From: Rubripirellula sp.
Lineage (GTDB): Bacteria; Planctomycetota; Planctomycetia; Pirellulales; Pirellulaceae
Direction of reading: 5' to 3'
Assembly (NCBI GenBank): GCA_965216875.1
Contig: OZ244207.1
Span: 7,328,001 to 7,392,000 of the forward strand
Length of the DNA: 64,000 nt
Shown: in pieces, positions 29,401-37,471 of the stretch
Layout of the letters: each line of letters starts with the position of its first letter
Numbering within the stretch: the first letter of the stretch is position 1
The notes under the pieces: model-generated
What the model saw: the letters and a program-made list of their open reading frames with translations, nothing else
What the model was told of the DNA's origin: nothing
The model's database searches: none
Program-made: the position numbers and the translations under genes

Positions 29401-29663
29401 GGCCTTTGTCAACGATGTCGCGATGTGAACAAACATGGATCGATGGCAAACGCTACTTTGATCTCGAAAGCGACTCGAAGCTGCGTCAACGGGATGCTGA
29501 CCTGCGTGCTCGACTCGTTCAGAAAGCACTCGACGCAAAGTCCGGCAAAGAGAAGGACAAGAACAAAGAAGGGGAAGTCGACGAGGAAGACCGCTGGGTT
29601 CGTTACGACGCCTTCTGTACCGCACATGGATCGGCCGCTCGAAAAGAAAGGAGCCGCAACTAA
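26421..29663 (+). CDS. Exported tandem-domain amidohydrolase family protein
   Basis: Signal peptide from ATG 26421; domain 1 YPGFID...TPARLLGI...ANLVI; domain 2 TPGLIDCHSH, KFALGEN, HCHSY, NSD, NPAKQL...GSIEVGK.AD. Confidence 0.9.
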   Translation: MNLRSFLAMTVALVLLLPVSGEIAHGQNRVAAEPIVGLRENRPTQFALTNARIVLSPTETLAMGSVLIDRTSILAVGPDVSIPNSAIQIDCRDKTIYPGFIDAFGEIEVARTDGESGHWNKHIVPERSAGTIAASSLESKAKFRSQGFATKLVAPDDGILKGTSCVVLLGSDEGGRSLLKDRVWHHMELSVPRRNPGERYPNSPMGATALLRQTLYDANWYRDAWNAYRAQPQLPRPETNLALAALADSMGTATFVVDAPNERMALRADSIAKEFSLDVILRGSGREYRQLDEIAATNRPVLVPVDFPEKPDVKTSRAERGTTLRDLMHWDLAPTNPGLLHAKGLQICLTTDGLDDVGAFHKRVATAVERGLPKQAALAAITTTPARLLGIDEVTGRIGSGMLANLVITDGDLFDSDTKILETWVAGERFEVTTKKGTSAGQFAGHWELRFRSGKQTVQVIAEITEKEDKLEAKLSPTDSLVKNKDENKTDDEEEEKPIKLSNVEFEHELFTASIDLSGLDEAYPSGVSRLEVIATGQPTELSGSVHLPTGETVALTISRTPEPKESQEPKESQEPEDEEENSEKTDEDSARDKDENESDDPKQQDEPTSHDTLAATPINHPLGAYGRLEPPALTPHFMLRGATVWTCAEDGKIENGDVRVKDGAIVEVGADLEVPKGCVVINVGGKHITPGLIDCHSHMGTDGHVNESGQAITAEVRIGDFVDNSDITIYRQLAGGLTTSNILHGSANPIGGQNQVIKLRWGDTMEGMRMTEAPAGIKFALGENVKRSTSRYPNTRMGVEQIIRDQLLAAREYDARWRAWRRGQRDSLPPRVDLQLQALSEVQRGERWIHCHSYRQDEILATLDVLEEFGIQIGTLQHILEGYKVADRMAKHGAMGSAFSDWWAYKFEVFDAIPYNGALMHNQGVVVSFNSDDRELGRHLNTEAAKATKYGEVPEEEALKFVTLNPAKQLRIDDYVGSIEVGKHADLVVWSGRPLSTMSRCEQTWIDGKRYFDLESDSKLRQRDADLRARLVQKALDAKSGKEKDKNKEGEVDEEDRWVRYDAFCTAHGSAARKERSRN

Positions 29664-30931
29664 TGTTGACTCGACTCTCCATATTGATCGCAGCACTCGG
29701 TCTCGTTGCGTGTCCAGTTGCCTCGGCAAGCGACCAGATTCCTGGTGCTCCTCAGTCACGTCCGATCGTGATTCGAGGTGGCACGGTGCACGTTGTTGAT
29801 GGTCCCGCGATCGAACAAGGCGCCGTCCTGTTTGACAACGGAGTGATCACCGCAGTTGGCAAGAAGGTTGCCGTTCCTGAAAAGGCGATCGAAATCGACG
29901 CTACGGGAAAACACGTCTATCCAGGTTTGATCGAGTCCATCACCGACCTTGGCCTGAGAGAGATTTCCGCCGTCGATGCAACGGACGATCGCACGGAGTA
30001 CGGGCGCGTGAACCCGAATGCCCGGTCGTGGGTTGCCGTCAATCCGGACAGCGAACTCATTCCCGTTGGCCGAGCCAGCGGCGTGTTGGTTGCGATGACA
30101 GCACCACGTGGCAGATGGATGCGCGGGCAGTCGGCAGTCATTCAACTCGATGGTTGGACGGTCGACGAGATGACATTGTTGGCCCCCGCCGGATTGTGTG
30201 TCGATTGGGGCGCGATGCCACGAGAACGAGAGAACTTTGATGATCTCCTCGAGCAAGCCAAGAAGCACCGAATCGCTCTCAAAGAAGATCCGTTGACGCC
30301 CACCGACGTGCGACTCGAGTCGCTGCTGCCTTTGATTGATCGTCAGTTTCCATTGATTGCCGAAGCGGATCGCCAGCATGAAATTGAGTCGGCAATTGCT
30401 TATGCACAAAGCCAGAACTTGCGGCTTGTCATCTACGGTGGGTACGACGCCGAGCGATGTGCGGCCCTTCTGAAGCGGCATGACGTTCCAGTGATCGTTG
30501 ACGGCACGTATCGGTTGCCGATTCGGCGAGATGATCCTTATGACGCTTCGTACACGCTCCCAAGTCGACTTCAGCGAGCGGGTGTGACGTTCGCGTTGGC
30601 TGGCGCCGGCGGAGGTTCGCCAGGTGGCGCCGCAGCAACAAGGAACCTGCCGTTTCATGCGGGCAACGCGGTTGCCTATGGCTTGACGCAACGTGACGCC
30701 GTTCGAGCGATCACCTTGTCAGCTGCAGAGATCCTTGGCGTTGCCGATCGCGTCGGTTCATTGACCGTAGGCAAAGACGCGACACTCATTATCGCCGATG
30801 GCAATATTCTGGAAACGGAAACCAATGTCACCAGCGCCTACATCCAAGGGCGCTCGGTCGACTTGAGCAGCAGACACCGAATGTTGTACGAAAAATACAA
30901 GACCAAGTATTTGCGTCGACCGCCGCGCTAG
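29663..30931 (+). CDS. Exported amidohydrolase family protein (metal ligands degenerate)
   Basis: TAATG coupling with upstream gene; signal peptide; YPGLIES, AITL.AAEILGV..RVGSL.VGKDA. Confidence 0.85.
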   Translation: MLTRLSILIAALGLVACPVASASDQIPGAPQSRPIVIRGGTVHVVDGPAIEQGAVLFDNGVITAVGKKVAVPEKAIEIDATGKHVYPGLIESITDLGLREISAVDATDDRTEYGRVNPNARSWVAVNPDSELIPVGRASGVLVAMTAPRGRWMRGQSAVIQLDGWTVDEMTLLAPAGLCVDWGAMPRERENFDDLLEQAKKHRIALKEDPLTPTDVRLESLLPLIDRQFPLIAEADRQHEIESAIAYAQSQNLRLVIYGGYDAERCAALLKRHDVPVIVDGTYRLPIRRDDPYDASYTLPSRLQRAGVTFALAGAGGGSPGGAAATRNLPFHAGNAVAYGLTQRDAVRAITLSAAEILGVADRVGSLTVGKDATLIIADGNILETETNVTSAYIQGRSVDLSSRHRMLYEKYKTKYLRRPPR

Positions 30932-30933
30932 GC

Positions 30934-32451
30934 TCACTTCGGAAGCGTGACGTAAACCAATGCCAAGAGTGCCATGAGTGTCAGTACCGCGGTCATTCGT
31001 GGGGCCCAGCGATCTTTGGCAGACAGCTTTCGATCGGCTCGGATCCCGCGGGCCCACAGGATGAACGACGATCCGATCATGATCGTTAACACATTGACGC
31101 TGACGAGCAAGATTGGCCCAATGATGGGAACGCCATTCTCGTTGGAATTGAATTCGCCGAATGCGATTTGTAATCCGGCCGTTGCGATTGGCGGAACCAA
31201 GGCAGCCGCGATGGCGGCGCCGGCAAGGGCACTCGACAAATGGCTCCGCGTTCGTGCGTAGGATGCAGCCATGCCTCCCACCAATCCAACACAGAAGTCC
31301 AGCGGTGATGGCCGACATCGGGCCCACATTTCGCTTGTGGTTTCAATGTCTTTCATCACTGGAACATTCAACAACTCTTGCAGGAAGCGGACCAGCAGCC
31401 CAAAAGCAATGCAGGTGAGAAGTGCGCCGAAGAATCCCATCGTGATGGTGACGAGCGACGACCGGAACAGTGGTCTGTTGCCATGAGTGAGGGCGAGTCC
31501 CGCACCCAGAATCGGTGTCATCAACGGGGCGATCAACATTGCGCCGATCACCACCGCGGCTGAATCTTGAAGCAAACCAAACGCGGCCAGCATCGAGGAT
31601 GCCGAGATGAGGCCGAGAAATTCAAGATTGGGAAGTGAACCGCTTTCCAAATCATTCGCCAAGTGAATGCGTTGTTCGCGGTCCATCGGTGGGGCGACCG
31701 AAGCCGACCATTTTTTGATTTTGGCGCCCAAGGTGTCTTTAAGTGATTCGCCGCCGCGTACAACTCCGAGCGATGTCGCACATTCGTTTTCGAGCATCCT
31801 GAGCGCGACGCGATAGACGGGATCGTCTCGATGAACGGTTGCGACACCGACCAACACGAGATCGCCCGATCGATCCGCAGCCATCTCGACCCTGCGCGTC
31901 ATGGTCGTGACCACCTCTTCGATCAATGGTTCATCAACTCCGCCCTCAAGCGAACCGTTGCCCTCAAACGAACCGGCGTCTTCGAACGGATCGGGTAAGA
32001 CCGCGGGCGGGACGGCTGCGAACAAACGCTGCGAGACGTGAGAAGTCACGTCAGCATTGCGGCTCATTCCAGCGAACAAACGCGCCTGAGTTTCCGGTGG
32101 CGGACCACTGACCTGGAGCCAGATTGCGGGGATCCCACATTTTTCAAACACGACCTGCTGAACTTCCGCAGCACTTGCGGTGTAGATCATCAAAGCGGCG
32201 GAGGCGTGTGTTGCTTTGAGGTGTTGCAGGATAGCGTCGGCGCTCGATTCGATCGATTCGACGGACAAGCGGTCTTGAGACACTTCGAGGGCGTCCGCGA
32301 GTTTGCGGCGACTTCGCTCAAGCAACACTTTGCTGTCGGCGCCCGTGACCGCCACCTTGACGGGCTCGCCGTTGGCATCGGAGATGGTTTTGCACCATGC
32401 GATCCCGCTGCTGAGTTGCTTTTCGGAACCGACAATAAAGACAACACTCAT
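30934..32451 (-). CDS. DUF389 (TIGR00341-like) membrane protein with soluble N-terminal domain
   Basis: GLLQDSAAVVIGAMLIAPLMTPI, GAAIAAALVPP. Confidence 0.85.
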   Translation of the reverse strand: MSVVFIVGSEKQLSSGIAWCKTISDANGEPVKVAVTGADSKVLLERSRRKLADALEVSQDRLSVESIESSADAILQHLKATHASAALMIYTASAAEVQQVVFEKCGIPAIWLQVSGPPPETQARLFAGMSRNADVTSHVSQRLFAAVPPAVLPDPFEDAGSFEGNGSLEGGVDEPLIEEVVTTMTRRVEMAADRSGDLVLVGVATVHRDDPVYRVALRMLENECATSLGVVRGGESLKDTLGAKIKKWSASVAPPMDREQRIHLANDLESGSLPNLEFLGLISASSMLAAFGLLQDSAAVVIGAMLIAPLMTPILGAGLALTHGNRPLFRSSLVTITMGFFGALLTCIAFGLLVRFLQELLNVPVMKDIETTSEMWARCRPSPLDFCVGLVGGMAASYARTRSHLSSALAGAAIAAALVPPIATAGLQIAFGEFNSNENGVPIIGPILLVSVNVLTIMIGSSFILWARGIRADRKLSAKDRWAPRMTAVLTLMALLALVYVTLPK

Positions 32452-32581
32452 GAAGCAAACGTTTCTGCGAAAAAGCTCAGGATCAGCGTGCGATTGTGCG
32501 ACAGCTTAACGGATTGACCCGAGCACGGGGCGGCATGTTATCCTGCCCGCTAACTCAATGTCCCAATAAGGTTCTCGCTGC

Positions 32582-33859
32582 TTGACTAACTCGTCACCTT
32601 CACCGTCGGCCGATGTCACGTCGGTCACCCTTGTCGCTTGGCAAGCGTTGCCGGCGATCGACCCGAATGCGGGGCGAAACATCGGCGGGCTTGAAACGGG
32701 CGCGTGGCGTTTGGCGAAGAATCTCGCCGCGCTCGATGGAGTTGAGTCGTCGATTGTGGTCCGTTCGTCGAAGCGACGGTCGCCTCAAGTTGTCGACGGC
32801 GTGCGCGTGGTCCCGCATGTGAACCCGAGAGAATACACCCGCCGAGATGTTTCACAATGTTTGGAGTTTGGTAAGGGCGTTCGAGTCAAGCAATGGTCGC
32901 CAAATCTGTTATGGCAAGTTCCCTACCTCGGTGTGACTTGGCCCTTCCGCCAACGCGACCCCCAGCCAATGTCACCTGACCCGAGGTTGATGCCACATCC
33001 GACCGATCTATGGATTGCCTTGGGAGCAAGTCGCGACAGCGCGGGGGTTATCGCAACTGCAGCGGCGCAAAACAAACCAAGCATGCTGATGCTGCAATCG
33101 AACGCCGACCTGGACGCTCGCTACCTTTCCGATCCCCAGTGGCGGAACCCCTATGGCGAAATCGGTGAACATTGTCGGTTCGCAATCGACCATGCGAGCG
33201 TTGTGGTCTGCCAAACGGAGTGGCAGCGGGAACAATTGCGGCAGCGTTTCGATCGCGACGGCGTCGTGCTAAAGAACGCATGCGACCCCACACCTTGGCA
33301 AGCGGCGGCCAGACAACAATCCGCCAACAATAAACAGGGGCGGTATGTGTTTTGGCTTGGTCGCTACGATCAGTTTCATAAGCGAACGGAACTCGCAATC
33401 GAGATCGCGCGGCGCTGTCCTGAGATTCCTTTCCAGATGGTGATCAATCACCACGATCCCGAAGTCGAAAAACGCATTCTTGCCAATCGACCGGCAAACG
33501 TCACGATCGGCGACTATTTGCCCTACGACGCGCTTCCCGATTGGTTTGCGGAATCACGATTGCTGCTTTGTACGGGCTCGGCAGAGTATGAAGGTTTCCC
33601 AACGATCTTGTTGCACGCGGCCGCCACTGAAGTTCCGATCGTTTCACTTGATGACTTTGACGATTTCATTGCTCGAAGTCGTGCAGGCGTGACTTGCCCA
33701 GGAGGTGTCGAGGAAGCTGCCGAGGCCATCAAACGTTTGTGGCAGTCCTCTGAGTCGATCGATCGCCAACACGCACTTGCGTATTTGAAGGAGCACCATA
33801 GCGCTGACGTGATCGCATCCGATCTGGCCAATCTGATCGCCGAAACAACAAACACGTAG
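32582..33859 (+). CDS. Glycosyltransferase family 4 (GT-B)
   Basis: GGLE N-terminal motif; WLGR..FHKR; EGFPTILLHAA...PIVS. Confidence 0.8.
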   Translation: MTNSSPSPSADVTSVTLVAWQALPAIDPNAGRNIGGLETGAWRLAKNLAALDGVESSIVVRSSKRRSPQVVDGVRVVPHVNPREYTRRDVSQCLEFGKGVRVKQWSPNLLWQVPYLGVTWPFRQRDPQPMSPDPRLMPHPTDLWIALGASRDSAGVIATAAAQNKPSMLMLQSNADLDARYLSDPQWRNPYGEIGEHCRFAIDHASVVVCQTEWQREQLRQRFDRDGVVLKNACDPTPWQAAARQQSANNKQGRYVFWLGRYDQFHKRTELAIEIARRCPEIPFQMVINHHDPEVEKRILANRPANVTIGDYLPYDALPDWFAESRLLLCTGSAEYEGFPTILLHAAATEVPIVSLDDFDDFIARSRAGVTCPGGVEEAAEAIKRLWQSSESIDRQHALAYLKEHHSADVIASDLANLIAETTNT

Positions 33860-33934
33860 CTACCTTCGCCAGAAGGTGGAACGCTCCGGTTAGCCGCTTT
33901 CCAGTACACTCCACGCTCTGGCGAGCGTAGCTAC
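33856..33934. repeat. GTAG-type REP doublet (family A), copy 1
   Basis: gtagctaccttcgccagaaggtgg...ccacgctctggcgagcgtagctac inverted arms. Confidence 0.85.
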
Positions 33935-33959
33935 GGGAAGAGAAACTCAACGTCTTTGT

Positions 33960-34038
33960 GTAGCTACCTTCGCCAGAAGGTGGAACGCGTCGGTTAGCCG
34001 CTCTCCAGTACACTCCACGCTTTGGCGAGCGTGGCGAC
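33960..34038. repeat. GTAG-type REP doublet (family A), copy 2, slightly degenerate
   Basis: Near-identical to copy 1 including the spacer, offset 104 nt. Confidence 0.85.
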
Positions 34039-34053
34039 GGCGAACTGCAAGTC

Positions 34054-34290
34054 TCAAAACAGCGTGTAAATGAACGGCGCTGCTGGCGACGCCGAGAGGA
34101 TCGCGAGCCCAACGAGTGCGAGCGTCGCTAAAAGAATCGGCGTCAACCACCACTTTTTGTTGAAACGAAGAAAGTCAACAAACTCGCGCACGATTCCGGG
34201 ATCCGAAGCCGTCGCCAAACGTTCAAAGTCACTCCTGTCCTCTGGCGGCACCAAAGGTTCGCGTGAGTCGTTGGAATCGTCGTCTGGCAT
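34054..34290 (-). CDS. DUF5989 / SxtK-like small membrane protein
   Basis: EFVDFLRFNKKWWLTPI...AAPFIYTLF signature. Confidence 0.85.
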   Translation of the reverse strand: MPDDDSNDSREPLVPPEDRSDFERLATASDPGIVREFVDFLRFNKKWWLTPILLATLALVGLAILSASPAAPFIYTLF

Positions 34291-34323
34291 TGCGCTGATG
34301 ATCTGTGAATCGATTCGGATGAA

Positions 34324-34722
34324 TCAGTACGTTTGATAATAGCTTGCAGGATCGTCGTCGTCTTCGCGTGCCACCCAATAGGAGTCGCGTTGTTCACAGC
34401 TGGTAATGCTTTTGCCAAAGACTCGCATCATGAATCCGATGGGTGTGACAACGAGATAGAAGAGCATTCCCAAGAGAAGGATCGTCAGCATCCATTGGAT
34501 CGGAGCGGTGAGAAGTCGAAAAGCGTCATAGATCGGACGCTGACTTGCAGGAAACGCGTAGTAGACGAAGAGTAGTCCGATTGCCGAGACGCCCAGGGCG
34601 ATCGCTGTCGAAGTTGCTTGGAAACGCCATTCGACGACGAATGTGATTGCCGCGAGGAACGCGGCCAAGACGAACCCGAAGGATCGCAATTGGCGGTTGG
34701 TGAGTGTGTGGGACGTGAACAT
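34324..34722 (-). CDS. SxtJ-like membrane protein
   Basis: RQLRSFG, TM helices, LFYLVVTPIG, SYW...YQTY C-terminus; lies between the carbamoyltransferase and the DUF5989 gene. Confidence 0.8.
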   Translation of the reverse strand: MFTSHTLTNRQLRSFGFVLAAFLAAITFVVEWRFQATSTAIALGVSAIGLLFVYYAFPASQRPIYDAFRLLTAPIQWMLTILLLGMLFYLVVTPIGFMMRVFGKSITSCEQRDSYWVAREDDDDPASYYQTY

Positions 34723-34729
34723 GGTTGCC

Positions 34730-36562
34730 CTAATCGTTGTGGGCTTGAACGGATGGTTGGTCGGCGAAACGTGCCACCAAGGCACTTGGTTGTTTTGCTT
34801 TGGTCAGAACAAAATCCTCGATCACCAGAACATCCATTTGCGTTTTCATGAAGCAACGAATGGCATCTTCGGGTGAGCAAACGATCGGTTCACCGCGCAC
34901 GTTGAAGCTGGTGTTGATCAGTACAGGGCAGCCCGTTTTCTCGTAGAACGATTGCAGCAATGCACGGAACGAGGGATTGTCGTTTTGATTGACCGTTTGC
35001 ACGCGCGCAGAATGGTCGACGTGCGTCACGGCGGGAATGGTGCTGCGAATATCGTTTACTCGCTCGAGGCCGGCATGGGCGCCGACGACCTCGCGTCGCT
35101 GCTGGCGTGCGACTTCAAAGACAAGTTGCATGTAGGGACTTTGCATTCCCTCGGGCAAGTCAAAGAAGTCGGCCGCATGCTCGAGCAGGATGGCCGGCGC
35201 GAAGGGACGAAAGGATTCACGAAACTTTGTTTTTAGATTCAGTCGTGATTGCATGTCGCCCGAGCGTGGATCAGCCAGGATGCTGCGGTTGCCAAGAGCA
35301 CGTGGGCCAAATTCCATCCTTCCCGAAAATCGGCCAACGATTTTTCCGTCGGCCAGATTGCTTGCCACGACTTGGGCCAATTCGCTTGCGTCCTGCACCC
35401 TTTGGTAGGCAGCACCAAATTGCTTGAGTACCTGTTCAACTTGATGGCTCGAAAAACGCGGGCCGAGCAAGCTTGCCTGTTGCGAATCCGTTGAATCCGG
35501 CTCGCGAGCATCGCCGAGTAGCTGATGGGCAATCAACAACGCGACTCCGAGTGCGCCGCCGGCATCGCCAGCAGCAGGTTGCGCCCACACCTGTTCGAAC
35601 GGACCTTCGCGGACAAGCTTGCCATTGGCAACACAATTGAGCGCGACGCCACCGGCAAGGCAAAGGTTGTTGAGGCCGGTTTTCCGGTACAGGTGATTGG
35701 CTGTCTTCAACACGATCTCTTCGGCGACGACTTGGATCGATGCGGCAAGGTCCATGTCCAGGGTATCGATCGAAGCATCGGCAGGGCGCGGTCCGCGGCC
35801 GAACAGTTTGTGAAAGCGAGGCCCGGTCATGGTGAGCCCGGCGCAATAATTGAAATACTTGAGGTTCAATTGAAAGGAACCGTCATCGCGAATGTCGACG
35901 AGGTGATCACGAATGACATCCACATATTGGGGTTCACCGTACGGCGCCAGGCCCATCAGCTTGTATTCGCCTGAGTTGACGCGGAAGCCGCAGTAGTAGG
36001 TGAACGCGGAATAGAGCAGGCCAAGCGAGTGTGGGAAACGAATCTCGTCGGTCAATTGAATCGTGTTGTTGCGACCGATTCCCAAGCAGGTGGTTGCCCA
36101 TTCACCAACACCGTCCATCGTGAGGATGGCGGCTTCTTCGAAGGGCGACGGAAAGAACGCGCTTGCGGCATGTGATTGATGGTGTTGGCAAAACGAGACG
36201 CGGCCGCGGTAAGCACTCTGAAGTCCACGTTGGATCTCGCGGCGAAGATGAAGCTTTTGGCCAACCCACTGTGGCATCGCTTTGAGGAAGGATTGAAATC
36301 CCAAAGGCGCGTAGCTCAGGTAGGTATCGAGCAGACGGTCGAACTTGAGAAGTGGCTTTTCATAGAAGCCGACGTGGTCGAGCTCTGCGGGGCTCAATCC
36401 CGCAGCTTGGAGGCAATACTCGATCGCCTGGGTCGGAAAGGATGCGTCATGTTTGATGCGGCTGAAACGCTCTTCTTGGGCCGCCGCGACGACCTTTCCG
36501 TTCACCACAATGGCCGCAGCCGCGTCGTGATAGAAGGCGGAAATGCCAAGGATGGCGGTCAT
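34730..36562 (-). CDS. O-carbamoyltransferase (NodU/CmcH/SxtI family)
   Basis: GISAFYHD, HHQSHAASAF, DGVGE, KLMGLAPYG, GGVALN, EFGPRALGNRS, KFRESFRPFAP, NTSFN. Confidence 0.95.
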   Translation of the reverse strand: MTAILGISAFYHDAAAAIVVNGKVVAAAQEERFSRIKHDASFPTQAIEYCLQAAGLSPAELDHVGFYEKPLLKFDRLLDTYLSYAPLGFQSFLKAMPQWVGQKLHLRREIQRGLQSAYRGRVSFCQHHQSHAASAFFPSPFEEAAILTMDGVGEWATTCLGIGRNNTIQLTDEIRFPHSLGLLYSAFTYYCGFRVNSGEYKLMGLAPYGEPQYVDVIRDHLVDIRDDGSFQLNLKYFNYCAGLTMTGPRFHKLFGRGPRPADASIDTLDMDLAASIQVVAEEIVLKTANHLYRKTGLNNLCLAGGVALNCVANGKLVREGPFEQVWAQPAAGDAGGALGVALLIAHQLLGDAREPDSTDSQQASLLGPRFSSHQVEQVLKQFGAAYQRVQDASELAQVVASNLADGKIVGRFSGRMEFGPRALGNRSILADPRSGDMQSRLNLKTKFRESFRPFAPAILLEHAADFFDLPEGMQSPYMQLVFEVARQQRREVVGAHAGLERVNDIRSTIPAVTHVDHSARVQTVNQNDNPSFRALLQSFYEKTGCPVLINTSFNVRGEPIVCSPEDAIRCFMKTQMDVLVIEDFVLTKAKQPSALVARFADQPSVQAHND

Positions 36563-36736
36563 GAAGTGTCCAGCGTCGGTGGGGTGGCGTCGTCCACGAC
36601 ATCTTGGACTCGTTGCCTGGACACTACCCTAAAACCAACCCTGCATCGGGGCAAGCTTGTCCGAAATTTGACAAGTCGTCGGGAAAAAAAGCCAATCCGA
36701 GTTGGAACAAATTCGAATCGTCGTTAGCCTGGGGGG

Positions 36737-37390
36737 ATGCCAGCATCACACGCAGACTCGGGCGAAGCCGACTCCTATCTTGTTCAACGAATTCGTGAAG
36801 GTGATTCCGACGCATGGCAGGCGTTGATTGACCGTTACGAAGGTCGGCTGATGGCGTACACCGACAGCCGAATTCGCAATCGTGCGACGAGCGAAGACAT
36901 CGTCCAGGAAGCGTTCGTGGGATTCTTGATCAGTCTGCCCAACTACGACGGGGCGCGGTCGCTCGAAAGTTATCTGTTTTCGATCTGTGCCTACAAGATG
37001 ACCGATCATCTTCGGCGTGAAGGTCGGCGGCCGTCGATTCAAATGCATCGCCGCGGCAGCAGCGGTAGCGGGTTGGTTGAACCGGTTGGCGGCGACCGAG
37101 TCGCAAGTAGCATCGCTCGAAGTGTTGAGCGAAAAGAGATCGAAGAATCGGCTGTTCGCGAAGCGATTTCTGAACAGATTCAGCGTTGGAAGAGTAGTGA
37201 TGGTTGGACCAAGCTTCGGGTAATTGAATTGTTGTTTGTACGTGGTCTTCCCAATAAGGAAGTTGCCGCGAAAACGGACCTGACCGAACAGCAAGTCGCC
37301 AACTACAAAAGCGACTTCCAAATCCGGTTGCGATCGATTGTGCGACGCATGAGCCTTGATGAAGGCGTCTTTCCCGAGTTGGCCGAGTAA
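36737..37390 (+). CDS. ECF sigma factor, no adjacent anti-sigma
   Basis: LVQRIREGD..AWQALIDRYEGRL, EDIVQEAF, YLFSI...DHLRR; HTH NKEVA. Confidence 0.85.
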   Translation: MPASHADSGEADSYLVQRIREGDSDAWQALIDRYEGRLMAYTDSRIRNRATSEDIVQEAFVGFLISLPNYDGARSLESYLFSICAYKMTDHLRREGRRPSIQMHRRGSSGSGLVEPVGGDRVASSIARSVERKEIEESAVREAISEQIQRWKSSDGWTKLRVIELLFVRGLPNKEVAAKTDLTEQQVANYKSDFQIRLRSIVRRMSLDEGVFPELAE

Positions 37391-37471
37391 GATTGGGCCA
37401 ATTCCGCCCACGCTGAAGACCCGGCCTGGGGCCGCTTAGAGATCGGACGACCCAACTGGCGCTGCTCATTC

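Noticed and set aside
33856..34038. Possible CRISPR array
   Set aside because: Only two units, near-identical spacers, long inverted arms and no cas genes; fits REP doublets
34054..36562. Saxitoxin biosynthesis cluster
   Set aside because: No sxtA, sxtG or other core genes; only the widespread I/J/K-like triad
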